Below are positions 47,908 to 57,191 of a stretch of DNA of 57,294 nt, piece after piece. The first letter of the stretch is position 1. Every line of letters begins with the position of its first letter. The notes under the pieces are model-generated. The model was given only the letters and a program-made list of their open reading frames with translations. It did no database searches and was not told the DNA's origin. The stretch comes from Candidatus Woesebacteria bacterium GW2011_GWB1_39_12 (GTDB lineage: Bacteria; Patescibacteriota; Microgenomatia; UBA8517). The stretch spans positions 1-57,294 of the forward strand of contig LBWB01000002.1 of assembly GCA_000993405.1 (NCBI GenBank). The letters run 5' to 3'. The translations under genes were made by a program, and so were the position numbers.

Positions 47908-49284
47908 ATGGAAAATGTATTTAATCAGAGCTTATGGGGTGACGAGGGGTTCTCGGCTATTTTGTCGATGAAATCTCTTCCCGAAATAATATCGATTATC
48001 TCCAGAGATACGTCTCCCCCTTTATGGAATATCTGGGAATGGGTAGTTTTTAATACGCTCGGAACCGATGAAATTTATATTCGAGGATTGGCTTTCACTT
48101 TTTTCCTGGGAACAGTCTTTTTTGCTTACAAAATAGGGTCTTTTCTTTTTAGCAAAAAAACCGGACTTTTTGCGGCTATTTTTACATTCTTGAATCCATT
48201 CTTCTTTATTTACGCTTTCGAGGGACGGATGTATTCAATAATGTCTCTGGGAGTAGCTGCTTCAATGTATTATTTCCTGCGAATTTTTTATAACGAGGAG
48301 ATAATTAGAAAAAGAGACAAAGTAGGATATGTTTTCTTTACCCTTTGGGCACTTTATTCGCACCACTTTGCCTTTTTTGCGGTGGCAATTCAAGGATTAT
48401 GGTGGCTTTATGAATTAGCTTTTGGTAAAAGGGTCAGAGCTAAAAAGATGTTTAAGTTGTTTTTGATAACAGCTGCAGGTTATGTCCCTTGGTTATATCC
48501 TTTGTATACCCAGACGAAAATGGTTTCAGGTGGGTTTTGGCTCGGCACACCAACGACAAATGATTTAAAAAATCTAATTTATGAATACTTGGCGGAAGGG
48601 GTGAAAAATGAGAATCTCAAACTTCCGATTCTTAATATGCCACTTTATCATGTGTCCTTATATTTAGTACTAATAACAGCGGTTTTAAGAAAATGGTGGA
48701 AAAGCATTAAAAAAACTATTCTTTTATTACTCTGGTTTTTCGGTCCAATTTTATTAACTTGGTTTATCTCTCAGCACTTCCAGTCTATTTTCTTTAACCG
48801 ATATCTTTTGTATACCATCCCCGCCGCAATGTTGGTTTTGGTTTCTTCAAGAAGCAAGTTATCAATAGTTTCGCTCACTATATTGATAATATTTTTTGGA
48901 ATCATTGACTATCAGTATTTCACCCACCCCGTCAAACTTCCTTTTAGGGAAATGGCTAATTATGTAAAAGAGGTAAAAACTGAAGAAGACTTTCTAATTA
49001 ATTGGTACAGTAATGGAACTCACCATATTTGGGAAACCAAATACTACGGCATTCCTGCACCTATTTATGTTCCGCCCGAGGGTGGAGATCTCCCTTTCTT
49101 TGTAGGAACCGCTCTAATGGAAGAGGGCGACATAATCCGCGAAATCCCGGAGACGGTCGAGAGTGTCGGCGTCGTCACCAGCGGCCCTATTGAAGAAATA
49201 AATTTGCCCGGATACAAGCAAGAAACTCTCAAAGAATTTGGCGGGTTGAAGTTTGTTAGGTACGTATCTAATTTAGTGGACTAA
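47908..49284 (+). CDS. GT-C fold glycosyltransferase (PMT/ArnT-like)
   Basis: SLWGDEGFS, DTSPPL and EGRMYS motifs. Confidence 0.78.
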   Translation: MENVFNQSLWGDEGFSAILSMKSLPEIISIISRDTSPPLWNIWEWVVFNTLGTDEIYIRGLAFTFFLGTVFFAYKIGSFLFSKKTGLFAAIFTFLNPFFFIYAFEGRMYSIMSLGVAASMYYFLRIFYNEEIIRKRDKVGYVFFTLWALYSHHFAFFAVAIQGLWWLYELAFGKRVRAKKMFKLFLITAAGYVPWLYPLYTQTKMVSGGFWLGTPTTNDLKNLIYEYLAEGVKNENLKLPILNMPLYHVSLYLVLITAVLRKWWKSIKKTILLLLWFFGPILLTWFISQHFQSIFFNRYLLYTIPAAMLVLVSSRSKLSIVSLTILIIFFGIIDYQYFTHPVKLPFREMANYVKEVKTEEDFLINWYSNGTHHIWETKYYGIPAPIYVPPEGGDLPFFVGTALMEEGDIIREIPETVESVGVVTSGPIEEINLPGYKQETLKEFGGLKFVRYVSNLVD

Positions 49285-49291
49285 ATAAGCG

Positions 49292-51331
49292 CTATATTTG
49301 TAAGCGTCTAACAAAACCATTTGTTGCATCAAGCTCAATTTTTTCTCCATCTTTGATGACACTTCTTGCAAATGATGTTCCCATTATAGACGGCATTTCT
49401 AAAGCTTTGCCATACAAAACTGCGTGCGAAGAAATTGATTCCTCATCTACAATAAAACCCTTTGCCCGGTACAAAAGCGACAGATATTCCGGTGTGGTTT
49501 GCGGCGCTACCACAATATCTCCTTCCTGAAGTTTGTCAAAGTCGGATGCATCCAAAATGACCCTTGCCGTTCCTTTTACTTTACCCTTAAAAATAGTTTT
49601 GCCTTGTAACTGCCTTAAGTCTTCGGGTAAATCTACAGACTCAATAACTCTAACTACACCTTCATTGGCGTCGACTTCTACCAGATCATTATCGCTTAGA
49701 ACTTGTGTAGCATTCCTTGTTCCTACGATACAAGGAACATTAAACTCTCTTGATACGATTGCCGCATGACAAGTAATCCCTCCCTCGTCGGTTACAATCG
49801 CCGCTGCTTTATTTATGGCAATCATATAATCCGGCGTGGTCATTTTCGCAACTAACACATCACCCTTAGTTACCTTTCCCAACTCAGAAAGTTTTTTAAC
49901 AATTTTTACCTTGCCAGTTACAATTCCACGACATGCAGGATTGCCTTTAATTTCTTTTTTGACATCTGGTGTTTTTGAAAAAATATTATATTGCTCCATT
50001 GCGTGAATTATATTTTCAACTCCCGATATAACTCTGGTTTTGCCTCTCCATCCAAGAATCGCAAATCCTGTCTGTCTTTTACTTATTTCCCGTTTCAGTC
50101 TATTTCTAGTCTTTCTGTCTAATAAAGCTTTAAGAATTTCATCGTATGAGAGAAATGTCACGTTTTCTTTAGAAATATCAATCCGGTTTGCAATTTCATT
50201 AAGCAGAGGTAGATGGTAAAAATGAAATTTTCTTATCACGTTAATTCTGTATGTTCGTAACTTTATATACGCTTGGGCAAGATTTACTAGCCTAGTTAAG
50301 TCTTCGTCTGCATTTATTTTTTGTAATGTCTTTTTAAGTTCGTCTTTTCTGACTTGTTCCTGCTTCCTTAGTTTGGTTATTTCCTTTTTAGGGCTTTTGA
50401 TTCTAACCACCAAATCCTCAACAATTTTTCTATAGTATCCTTCGTCAAACGGCTTGTGGTGAAGCGCCATCATGGGTAACCAACAATATTTTTCAGTAAG
50501 TTCAATTAACAATCTCTTGTTCTTTTTGGTCCAGCCTTCTTTTTTGACTAAGCTGGCAAGTCTCAGTTCATCTATCTGCTCTTCAGAAACCACTTCAGTG
50601 GGCTCGAGTAGTTTTTCTTTTGTGGAATTATCAAATATTTTCGAATTAAGCTCTGTCTCAATTGCAGTCTCTACTGAATGAGGAATGTTAAGATACGGCA
50701 AGAAATTTAGGAAGTTTTCATAAAGGCCTTTGAAATTCAAAATTAGCTCTCTGTTTGTTAATCTTGGTAGATCTTTTTTTACAGATTCTTTAGTTTTTCG
50801 AATCAGACTCTCCCCATCTTTAAGACAGCTATCGGCAAGATACTTTGCAAATTTATAGTCTTTTTTAATTTCTCGAGAGAGAATTTCTCCGTTTTTTACA
50901 ATTTCATCTTGTGAATCATAAACCCCGCCTGTCACGGAGTTGTACCAGATGTATTTCATGGGTTTAATCTTGAATCTCTTTATATATTTAGTTTTACTTT
51001 GTGCAATACCCACAGCCGCATTAAGTGCAACTGAAGTCTCTCTATTCACTAATTTAATCCACGTGGGAGTTCTCTTTTTATCCACCGTAATTTTTGTTGT
51101 TAGAAGTCTAATTGCTGATATGTCAGAGTGGTTTTTGTTTAAAGAGTAGAACTTCTTATTACCCAGCCTTTGAGAAGTAACAATGTCTTGTTTTTCAAGA
51201 GTAAGTAAAGATCTCTGTACAGAATTTGGATACTGCTTGGTCTGCCTCACAATCTCATTAACAAACAAGGGACTATCGCTTTCAAATAAAGCGCCAAGCA
51301 CTTGTTCCGAACTTTTAGATAATTGCAACAT
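49292..51331 (-). CDS. Winged-HTH protein fused to two PEP-utilising phosphohistidine (swivel) domains
   Basis: N-terminal wHTH; DEGGITCHAAIVSRE and DEESISSHAVLYGK; start moved to 51331 (MLQLSKS) to avoid overlap with the 51437 gene. Confidence 0.8.
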   Translation of the reverse strand: MLQLSKSSEQVLGALFESDSPLFVNEIVRQTKQYPNSVQRSLLTLEKQDIVTSQRLGNKKFYSLNKNHSDISAIRLLTTKITVDKKRTPTWIKLVNRETSVALNAAVGIAQSKTKYIKRFKIKPMKYIWYNSVTGGVYDSQDEIVKNGEILSREIKKDYKFAKYLADSCLKDGESLIRKTKESVKKDLPRLTNRELILNFKGLYENFLNFLPYLNIPHSVETAIETELNSKIFDNSTKEKLLEPTEVVSEEQIDELRLASLVKKEGWTKKNKRLLIELTEKYCWLPMMALHHKPFDEGYYRKIVEDLVVRIKSPKKEITKLRKQEQVRKDELKKTLQKINADEDLTRLVNLAQAYIKLRTYRINVIRKFHFYHLPLLNEIANRIDISKENVTFLSYDEILKALLDRKTRNRLKREISKRQTGFAILGWRGKTRVISGVENIIHAMEQYNIFSKTPDVKKEIKGNPACRGIVTGKVKIVKKLSELGKVTKGDVLVAKMTTPDYMIAINKAAAIVTDEGGITCHAAIVSREFNVPCIVGTRNATQVLSDNDLVEVDANEGVVRVIESVDLPEDLRQLQGKTIFKGKVKGTARVILDASDFDKLQEGDIVVAPQTTPEYLSLLYRAKGFIVDEESISSHAVLYGKALEMPSIMGTSFARSVIKDGEKIELDATNGFVRRLQI

Positions 51332-51436
51332 AATTACTATATCATACAATAATATTGTATGAATTTCAAACAAAGCTTCGGATCTCTTAGTTGCAGAACT
51401 CTCACCAATTTGTGCTAAACTGGATACAGGTCTTGT

Positions 51437-52936
51437 ATGAAAAATTTCTTGAAAAAGCTCCATACTCCTGTCTGGCTTTTTATACTTCTTATGACCGTTT
51501 TTATCTTGAGGATTCCTTCTCTTTTCGAACCTTATTCGTACGGAGACGAAATGATTTATCTTACTTTGGGTGAAGCAATACGCCGTGGCATACCTTTATA
51601 CAGCGGAATTCATGACAACAAACCTCCTCTTTTATATGTCATGGCGGCTATTGCCGGAAATCTTTTTTGGTTCAAAGCGATTTTGACCTTGTGGATTTTA
51701 GTGACAATCTTTATCTTTTGGAAACTATCAGAAACGCTTTTCCCGAAGAAGATAAAAACTCAACAGGTAGCAACGGCAATTTTTGCACTCCTGACCACAA
51801 TTCCCCTTCTCGAAGGAAACATCGTAAACGCAGAACTTTTCATGATAGGACCAACTATTTTAGGATTTTACCTCCTACTTAGTAAAAAACTAACTAGGAA
51901 TAATCTTTTCATTTCGGGAATGCTCTTTTCGATCTCGACTCTTTTTAAATTTCCGGCTGTGTTTGACGTTCCGGCAATCATCTTCATCTGGCTTGTAACT
52001 GAAAAAAAACTCAACAAAAAGATTCTTTTCGAAATAGGTAAAAGGGTCTTAATTCTTGGCCTTGGATATCTTGCCCCAATTACCTTAACAGTAATCTGGT
52101 TTTGGCTAAAAGGAGCTTTGAATGAATACCTTGTTGCAGCCTTTTTGCAAAATGTAGGCTATTTATCCAGCTTCAGACCCGGTGATTTACAAAAACCGTT
52201 CTTAGTTAGAAATGCACCACTATTATTACGAACAGGAATTGTCCTTGCAGGAACTATTATTCTTTTTATAAAGAAAAGAAGGCTCTCTCGCGAATTTATC
52301 TTTGCGACGTCGTGGCTTCTTTTTAGCCTTTTTGCGGTAACCTTATCCGAACGTCCTTATCCTCATTATTTCATCCAGTCAGTAGCACCTGTTGCACTAC
52401 TTTTTGCCATCCTTTTTACTTATCAAAAAAAAGAGCAGGTTTTTGCAATTATTCCTCTGGCTCTAACTTTTCTGGTTCCTTTCTATTTCAGGTTTTGGTA
52501 CTATCCTACCTTTCCTTATTATGCCCGCTTTGTAAAACTCACTCTTGGACAAATGTCTAAAAATGACTATTTAGCCACATTTGGAAGTCAAGTCCCCACA
52601 AACTACAAGATAGCTGACTTTTTAATTTCGCTAACCAAACCTTATGAAAAAATCTTTGTCTGGGGAGAATCATCCCCAATTTATGCTCTCTCCAGAAGGT
52701 TTCCTCCTGGAAAATATGTAGCAGATTATCATATCAAAGATTTTTCAAATCCCAACCAAACCATCAAGATTTTGTCCTCCGATTTGCCTTCTTTTATAGT
52801 AATTCTCCCAGAAAGTAGTTCTTTCCCTGAGCTCGAATTTTTCCTGAGAAAAAATTATGGCCTAGCAGAAACCATTGATGGAAGCGAAATCTGGAAACTT
52901 CTCAATCCCAAAGTTAGATCTCTTATTTCAAACTGA
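51437..52936 (+). CDS. GT-C fold glycosyltransferase
   Basis: SYGDE.IY, HDNKPPLLY and NAELF motifs; many TMs. Confidence 0.75.
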   Translation: MKNFLKKLHTPVWLFILLMTVFILRIPSLFEPYSYGDEMIYLTLGEAIRRGIPLYSGIHDNKPPLLYVMAAIAGNLFWFKAILTLWILVTIFIFWKLSETLFPKKIKTQQVATAIFALLTTIPLLEGNIVNAELFMIGPTILGFYLLLSKKLTRNNLFISGMLFSISTLFKFPAVFDVPAIIFIWLVTEKKLNKKILFEIGKRVLILGLGYLAPITLTVIWFWLKGALNEYLVAAFLQNVGYLSSFRPGDLQKPFLVRNAPLLLRTGIVLAGTIILFIKKRRLSREFIFATSWLLFSLFAVTLSERPYPHYFIQSVAPVALLFAILFTYQKKEQVFAIIPLALTFLVPFYFRFWYYPTFPYYARFVKLTLGQMSKNDYLATFGSQVPTNYKIADFLISLTKPYEKIFVWGESSPIYALSRRFPPGKYVADYHIKDFSNPNQTIKILSSDLPSFIVILPESSSFPELEFFLRKNYGLAETIDGSEIWKLLNPKVRSLISN

Positions 52937-53003
52937 ATCTCCCATTTTTACTTACATTGGTAATATCTGCTAAAATCTAGCAATTAGATCTGTCCAAAAT
53001 ACT

Positions 53004-53411
53004 ATGAGGCCGTCGAAAAAGTCAATTAATAAAAGGGTGTTTCCATCCTTTAAAAATTTAATATCTCAAACCAAAAAAGTTCAGCCTACAATTCCTTTAA
53101 CTAGGTACGTTTATTCCTCTCTCATCATAAGCGTTTTGGCCATTTTAATAGTTGTTTCCAGTCAAAAAAATCTTCCTCCCCAAACACCGCTTTTTTACGG
53201 AGCTCCTGTTGGAGAGGAACAGCTCACGACCTCTATCGGACTCGTCATTCCGGGAATGGTTTCTCTTATCATGACTGGTATCAATACTTTAATTACTTTA
53301 TTTTTAGAAAATCAATTTTTACAAAAATCTCTTATTCTTTCTTCCCTGGCAATTAGTGTTTTTTCCTTTGTGACTACAGTTAGAATAATATTACTCGTTG
53401 GTAGCTTTTAA
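53004..53411 (+). CDS. Small membrane hypothetical protein
   Basis: LPPQTPLFYG..GEEQL motif, 3 TMs. Confidence 0.6.
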   Translation: MRPSKKSINKRVFPSFKNLISQTKKVQPTIPLTRYVYSSLIISVLAILIVVSSQKNLPPQTPLFYGAPVGEEQLTTSIGLVIPGMVSLIMTGINTLITLFLENQFLQKSLILSSLAISVFSFVTTVRIILLVGSF

Positions 53412-53415
53412 ATTA

Positions 53416-54486
53416 ATGAATTCGCTTTTCAATCTCGCCCTTCTCCCGGCACTACTTGCTGGAGCAGTTTCATACTCCGTAACTCCAATTATTATAAAAT
53501 TGGCTCATAAAATCGGAATAATCGATGACCCTAAAATTCATAAACACCCCAAAGTAATTCACACCTATCCTGTCCCGAGAGGAGGGGGGGTTGCCACATT
53601 TTTGGGGGTTTTGATTGCATCTTTCGTTTTTCTTCCTCTTGATAAACACCTCATTGGAATACTTTTGGGGGCAACCTTGGTTACCAGTCTTGGCATTTTG
53701 GACGACAAATATGATTTAAATCCTTATAAAAGACTCATTATTCTATTTGTCGCGGCAGGAATTCCAATCTTAGCCGGCATTGGAATCTCGTTTATCACCA
53801 ACCCCTTTAATGGAATTCTCGATCTCTCCCATCCTCAAATAAAATTTTTCTTGCTTGGAGAGGAAAGAAGTATTTGGGTTCTTTCTGATGCGTTTGCCCT
53901 TTTCTGGATAGTACTTATGATGAATATGCTTAATATGGGAGCGAAAGGAGTAGATGGTCAGCTTCCGGGTGTTGTTGTAATTGCCGCCATAACAATTGCC
54001 GCTCTTTCTCTAAAGTTCTCCGCCGATATTACTCAATGGTCTGTAATCATTCTTGCATCAATTACGGCTGGAGCCTACCTTGGATTTTTGCCCTGGAATT
54101 TTTACCCCCAAAAAATAATGCCCTCCTATTCAGGGGCAACCTTGGCAGGTTATCTTTTGGCAATCCTCTCAATTCTCTCAACAACGAAGGTGGGTACTTT
54201 AGTTGTGGTTCTTGGAGTACCCTTGGTCGACACTGGATACACCATAATAAGAAGAATAGCTTCCGGCAAGTCTCCTGTCTGGGGTGACAGAGGCCATCTT
54301 CACCATAAACTTTTAGATATAGGTCTGACAAAACGACAGGTAGCACTTTTTTATTGGGCAACTACTGCAGCCTTGGGAATTTTTGCTCTTAATTTGAACA
54401 CTGAATCCAAGTTCTATACAATTGTAGGGGTCATCATTCTTATTGGAGGATTACTCTTATGGTTGACACAGAAATCAAAAACTTAA
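53416..54486 (+). CDS. WecA/TagO-like polyprenyl-phosphate GlcNAc-1-phosphate transferase (MraY/GT4 family)
   Basis: PRGGG, GILDD, GVDG, WNFYP.KI and DRGHLHHKL motifs. Confidence 0.85.
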   Translation: MNSLFNLALLPALLAGAVSYSVTPIIIKLAHKIGIIDDPKIHKHPKVIHTYPVPRGGGVATFLGVLIASFVFLPLDKHLIGILLGATLVTSLGILDDKYDLNPYKRLIILFVAAGIPILAGIGISFITNPFNGILDLSHPQIKFFLLGEERSIWVLSDAFALFWIVLMMNMLNMGAKGVDGQLPGVVVIAAITIAALSLKFSADITQWSVIILASITAGAYLGFLPWNFYPQKIMPSYSGATLAGYLLAILSILSTTKVGTLVVVLGVPLVDTGYTIIRRIASGKSPVWGDRGHLHHKLLDIGLTKRQVALFYWATTAALGIFALNLNTESKFYTIVGVIILIGGLLLWLTQKSKT

Positions 54487-55421
54487 ATTCACCTTTCGGG
54501 AGTCTTTATCAAATAGTAAGGATTTCCAGACCCGTCCACTGGATTAAAAATCTATCTCTTTTTGCGGCGCTCATTTTTAGCGGAAACTTCCTGGAAGGCA
54601 ATCTCTTCACTAAAGTTCTCCTCGCCTTTTTTTCTTTCAGTTTTGCGGCCTCAGCAATCTATATTTTCAACGATATTGCTGATGCCGAAAGAGACAAACT
54701 CCACCCGATAAAGAAGGATAGACCGATTGCATCAGGACGCCTTTCTCTCTTCCCGGCCCTTTTGGCAATGTTTGGATATGTTTTTGTTTCTTTATATATT
54801 GCGGTAAACCTAAATACGCTTTTTTTACTCTCGGTCTCGGCATATCTTTCAATCCAGGCACTCTACAGTCTTGGACTTAAAAATTTCCACATCATTGATA
54901 TCCTCATAATTGCATCTGGATTTTTTTTAAGAGTTTATGGCGGGGCTTTTGTAATTGACGCGCATTTATCGGTTTGGTTTCTCTTGTGCGTTATATCTGT
55001 CGCCCTTTTCCTGGCATCTGGCAAAAGGCGGGCTGAGCTTGGAACAATTCCCGAAGGAAAAACCAGAATAAGCCTTACCAAATACCGAAGGGATTTATTA
55101 AATTCATATGTGACAATGTTCGGAAACGCAGCATGGATGAGTTGGGCTCTTTTTACTTTTTTTGAGTCGCCTACACCCATTACCAGAGTCTGGATTCTTT
55201 TGGCCGAAATATCGAGAACCACTGCTATCAGTAAACTTCTAATGGCTACGATTCCTGTTGTAATCTTTGGGATAATGCGCTATGAAGCTTTAATCTTTGA
55301 GAATCGAAGCGAAGCTCCGGAAAAGCTATTCTTGACCGATAAGGAGCTTGTGGGTTCAGCCCTTCTTTGGATTGGACTTGTTATCTGGATCCTCTATGGT
55401 GGTGTAACTAGCTTGGGCTAG
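54459..55421 (+). CDS. UbiA-family prenyltransferase, decaprenyl-phosphate phosphoribosyltransferase-like
   Basis: RPVHWIKN, YIFNDIAD..RD.LHP.KK.RPIASG, GFFLRV.GG and KRRAEL motifs. Confidence 0.8.
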   Translation: MVDTEIKNLNSPFGSLYQIVRISRPVHWIKNLSLFAALIFSGNFLEGNLFTKVLLAFFSFSFAASAIYIFNDIADAERDKLHPIKKDRPIASGRLSLFPALLAMFGYVFVSLYIAVNLNTLFLLSVSAYLSIQALYSLGLKNFHIIDILIIASGFFLRVYGGAFVIDAHLSVWFLLCVISVALFLASGKRRAELGTIPEGKTRISLTKYRRDLLNSYVTMFGNAAWMSWALFTFFESPTPITRVWILLAEISRTTAISKLLMATIPVVIFGIMRYEALIFENRSEAPEKLFLTDKELVGSALLWIGLVIWILYGGVTSLG

Positions 55422-56365
55422 GGAGTCGGGGTAGGTTTGGTGGTTATCTTCGGAGTTGGTGTTGGAGAAACTCTTCTTGTTGGTGTCGGAGTTGCCTTTG
55501 AACTACCTTCTACTTTTTTTGCATACTGATTTGAAATCCATCCCTCACCATCTTCTTCATATTCAATCTTAAACCAACCTGTCTTTTCATCTGTTTCGAG
55601 AAGTGGGTATTTTTCTCCCGGCTTAACTTGCCCAACTTCTTCCCCTAAAGTAGAAGGTTCCTTCCTCACTCTTAAGAAGCCTGTTGGTGTTGACAAAATC
55701 TCTATCATCTCCTTTTTTGCTTCGTTCTCGTCGATCGGAGTCGGAGTAATGCCTGGAGTTTCCTGCACTTTATTTTCGGCCTGAGCAAGTTTAATTATTG
55801 CTGTTAATTTATAACCTTGATGTGTTTTAACCTCAATAATCCTTTCTAGGAACCCTTCAGCTGATAAAACCAAGGTGTGTTCTCCTGGTAAAATCGATGA
55901 GGTTTTGTGGGGAGTAAATGCTTTATCTCTTCCATCAATTTCCAGTTGTACTGAGTCTGGAATAGTAACAACCGTAAGGCTAGTTTCTTCTTTGGCAATT
56001 CTCTCAAAGGAAATTATTTCGCCGGATGATGCTTCCTGACTTTCTCCAAATTCACGTTTTATTACCGTCTGTACACCAGCAATTAGGTTGACTTTAGTTT
56101 CATAGGGGGTGAGGGGCGCTTGGAAAGAATCTGGAATAAGTTTAATAACTACCTCACCGGGACTTCTGTTTATCTCGTAAGGCGTCCTTCCTACTTCTTC
56201 CCCATCGATAAAGACATTTGCCGGAGGATCAGTCATAATGAAAACACCCGCAACCTTAGGTTTGTAATATCCAATGATAAAATATATCAATCCTACCAGA
56301 AGCACCAATCCAAGAATAATGATCCCGACTAGCCTTGCTTTCTTCACAGTAAGTGAGTTTACCAC
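55418..56365 (-). CDS. PEGA-domain and SH3-like surface protein with PT-rich tail
   Basis: TM, TDPPANVFIDGEEVGRTP (PEGA), LRVRKEPS...GW.KI...GWIS (SH3-like). Confidence 0.78.
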   Translation of the reverse strand: MVNSLTVKKARLVGIIILGLVLLVGLIYFIIGYYKPKVAGVFIMTDPPANVFIDGEEVGRTPYEINRSPGEVVIKLIPDSFQAPLTPYETKVNLIAGVQTVIKREFGESQEASSGEIISFERIAKEETSLTVVTIPDSVQLEIDGRDKAFTPHKTSSILPGEHTLVLSAEGFLERIIEVKTHQGYKLTAIIKLAQAENKVQETPGITPTPIDENEAKKEMIEILSTPTGFLRVRKEPSTLGEEVGQVKPGEKYPLLETDEKTGWFKIEYEEDGEGWISNQYAKKVEGSSKATPTPTRRVSPTPTPKITTKPTPTP

Positions 56366-56400
56366 TAGTAAAAATCACTGGCAAGTCATTTAAAAATCTC

Positions 56401-56429
56401 TTGACAAAAAGGTAATGCTTTATTACTCT
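56401..56429 (+). promoter_or_regulatory. Sigma70-type promoter
   Basis: TTGACA-17 nt-TACTCT. Confidence 0.55.
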
Positions 56430-56436
56430 ATATTAT

Positions 56437-56463
56437 TTGGCACTCACTAGATGAGAGCGCTAG
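56437..56463. promoter_or_regulatory. CIRCE-like (HrcA) operator
   Basis: TTGGCACTC-N9-GAGCGCTAG versus consensus TTAGCACTC-N9-GAGTGCTAA (3 mismatches). Confidence 0.7.
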
Positions 56464-56528
56464 TTACCGATGCGCCTTATCCGGCGGAGCTTGGAATAAA
56501 ACAGAAGCAGAAATTAAGGATGGTGTAG
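56451..56528 (+). CDS. Possible 25-aa small ORF
   Basis: MRALVTDAPYPAELGIKQKQKLRMV* between the promoter/CIRCE and a terminator; no SD. Confidence 0.25.
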   Translation: MRALVTDAPYPAELGIKQKQKLRMV

Positions 56529-56544
56529 TAATTGTTACAATTTG

Positions 56545-56581
56545 AGCCCTGTCGAGTTAAAACCGACGGGGCTTTGTTTTT
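56545..56581 (+). terminator. Intrinsic terminator
   Basis: Stem agccctgtcg/cgacggggct followed by ttgttttt. Confidence 0.75.
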
Positions 56582-56612
56582 GGAATTAAATGCGTTAAAA
56601 TAGACCCAACTT

Positions 56613-56683
56613 GACCCGTTGGCAGAGAGGCTATGCGATGGTCTGCAAAACCATTTAGGAGGGTTCGACTCCCTCACGGGTCT
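56613..56683 (+). tRNA. tRNA-Cys (GCA)
   Basis: Cloverleaf folded by hand: acceptor GACCCGT/ACGGGTC, anticodon arm ATGGT-CTGCAAA-ACCAT, T arm GAGGG-TTCGACT-CCCTC, U73 discriminator; CCA not encoded. Confidence 0.95.
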
Positions 56684-56698
56684 CAATACTCTGCCTAT

Positions 56699-57061
56699 CT
56701 ATTTTTCAACCTCTTCCTCTTCTTCTTTCTCATCAGAAACCTCTTCCATGGGTTCTATTTTCGCTTTCGGCTTCGGTCTGGCCAGAAGTTCTATATGATC
56801 TGCAACTACACTAATATAACCCTTTTCGCTTATCTGAAGTTTGCCGTTCACAAAAATTTGCCTTCCCCGTGTTATGTGTTCTCTTACAACTTCTCCGTAG
56901 TGCCCAAAAACTAAAATATTATAAAAGGTGGTAGACCCATCCTGTCCGCTTATTGCAATTCTAAATGTGACGTAAGAAACACCGTCTTTTGAAACTTTTA
57001 ATTCCGCATCCTTTGTGGCATTTCCGATAATACTTACAATTTGAAGGCTCAAAGTACTCAC
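56699..57061 (-). CDS. ssb: Single-stranded DNA-binding protein (short OB-fold form)
   Basis: IIGNATKDAELK, F.IA, TTFYNI..FG and GRQIFV.GKL motifs. Confidence 0.82.
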   Translation of the reverse strand: MSTLSLQIVSIIGNATKDAELKVSKDGVSYVTFRIAISGQDGSTTFYNILVFGHYGEVVREHITRGRQIFVNGKLQISEKGYISVVADHIELLARPKPKAKIEPMEEVSDEKEEEEEVEK

Positions 57062-57162
57062 CCCCTTTAATATTTTTCTATGGGACAGTCTTTTTACATC
57101 CTACAATTTTAAAATAAGATATTCAAGTACATCTAAGTCTGTGCTTCAAAATATCTCTTTTT

Positions 57163-57191
57163 TTGACTTTTTGAATTTCACAAGGTATAAT
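57163..57191 (+). promoter_or_regulatory. Near-consensus sigma70 promoter facing out of the window
   Basis: TTGACT-17 nt-TATAAT. Confidence 0.7.

Noticed and set aside
50736-50749. ttcaaaattagctc, similar to the reverse of the 21-bp repeat
   Set aside because: Inside a CDS, has an extra A and lacks the second arm
51332-51463. N-terminal 44 codons of the PEP-domain ORF as called in the ORF track
   Set aside because: Overlaps the divergent GT-C gene start; the wHTH begins at the ATG at 51331, which has its own TGATATAGT box upstream
56470-56487. Match to the enterobacterial REP core (CGCCTTATCCGGC)
   Set aside because: Single short match without the other REP arm, in a non-enteric genome
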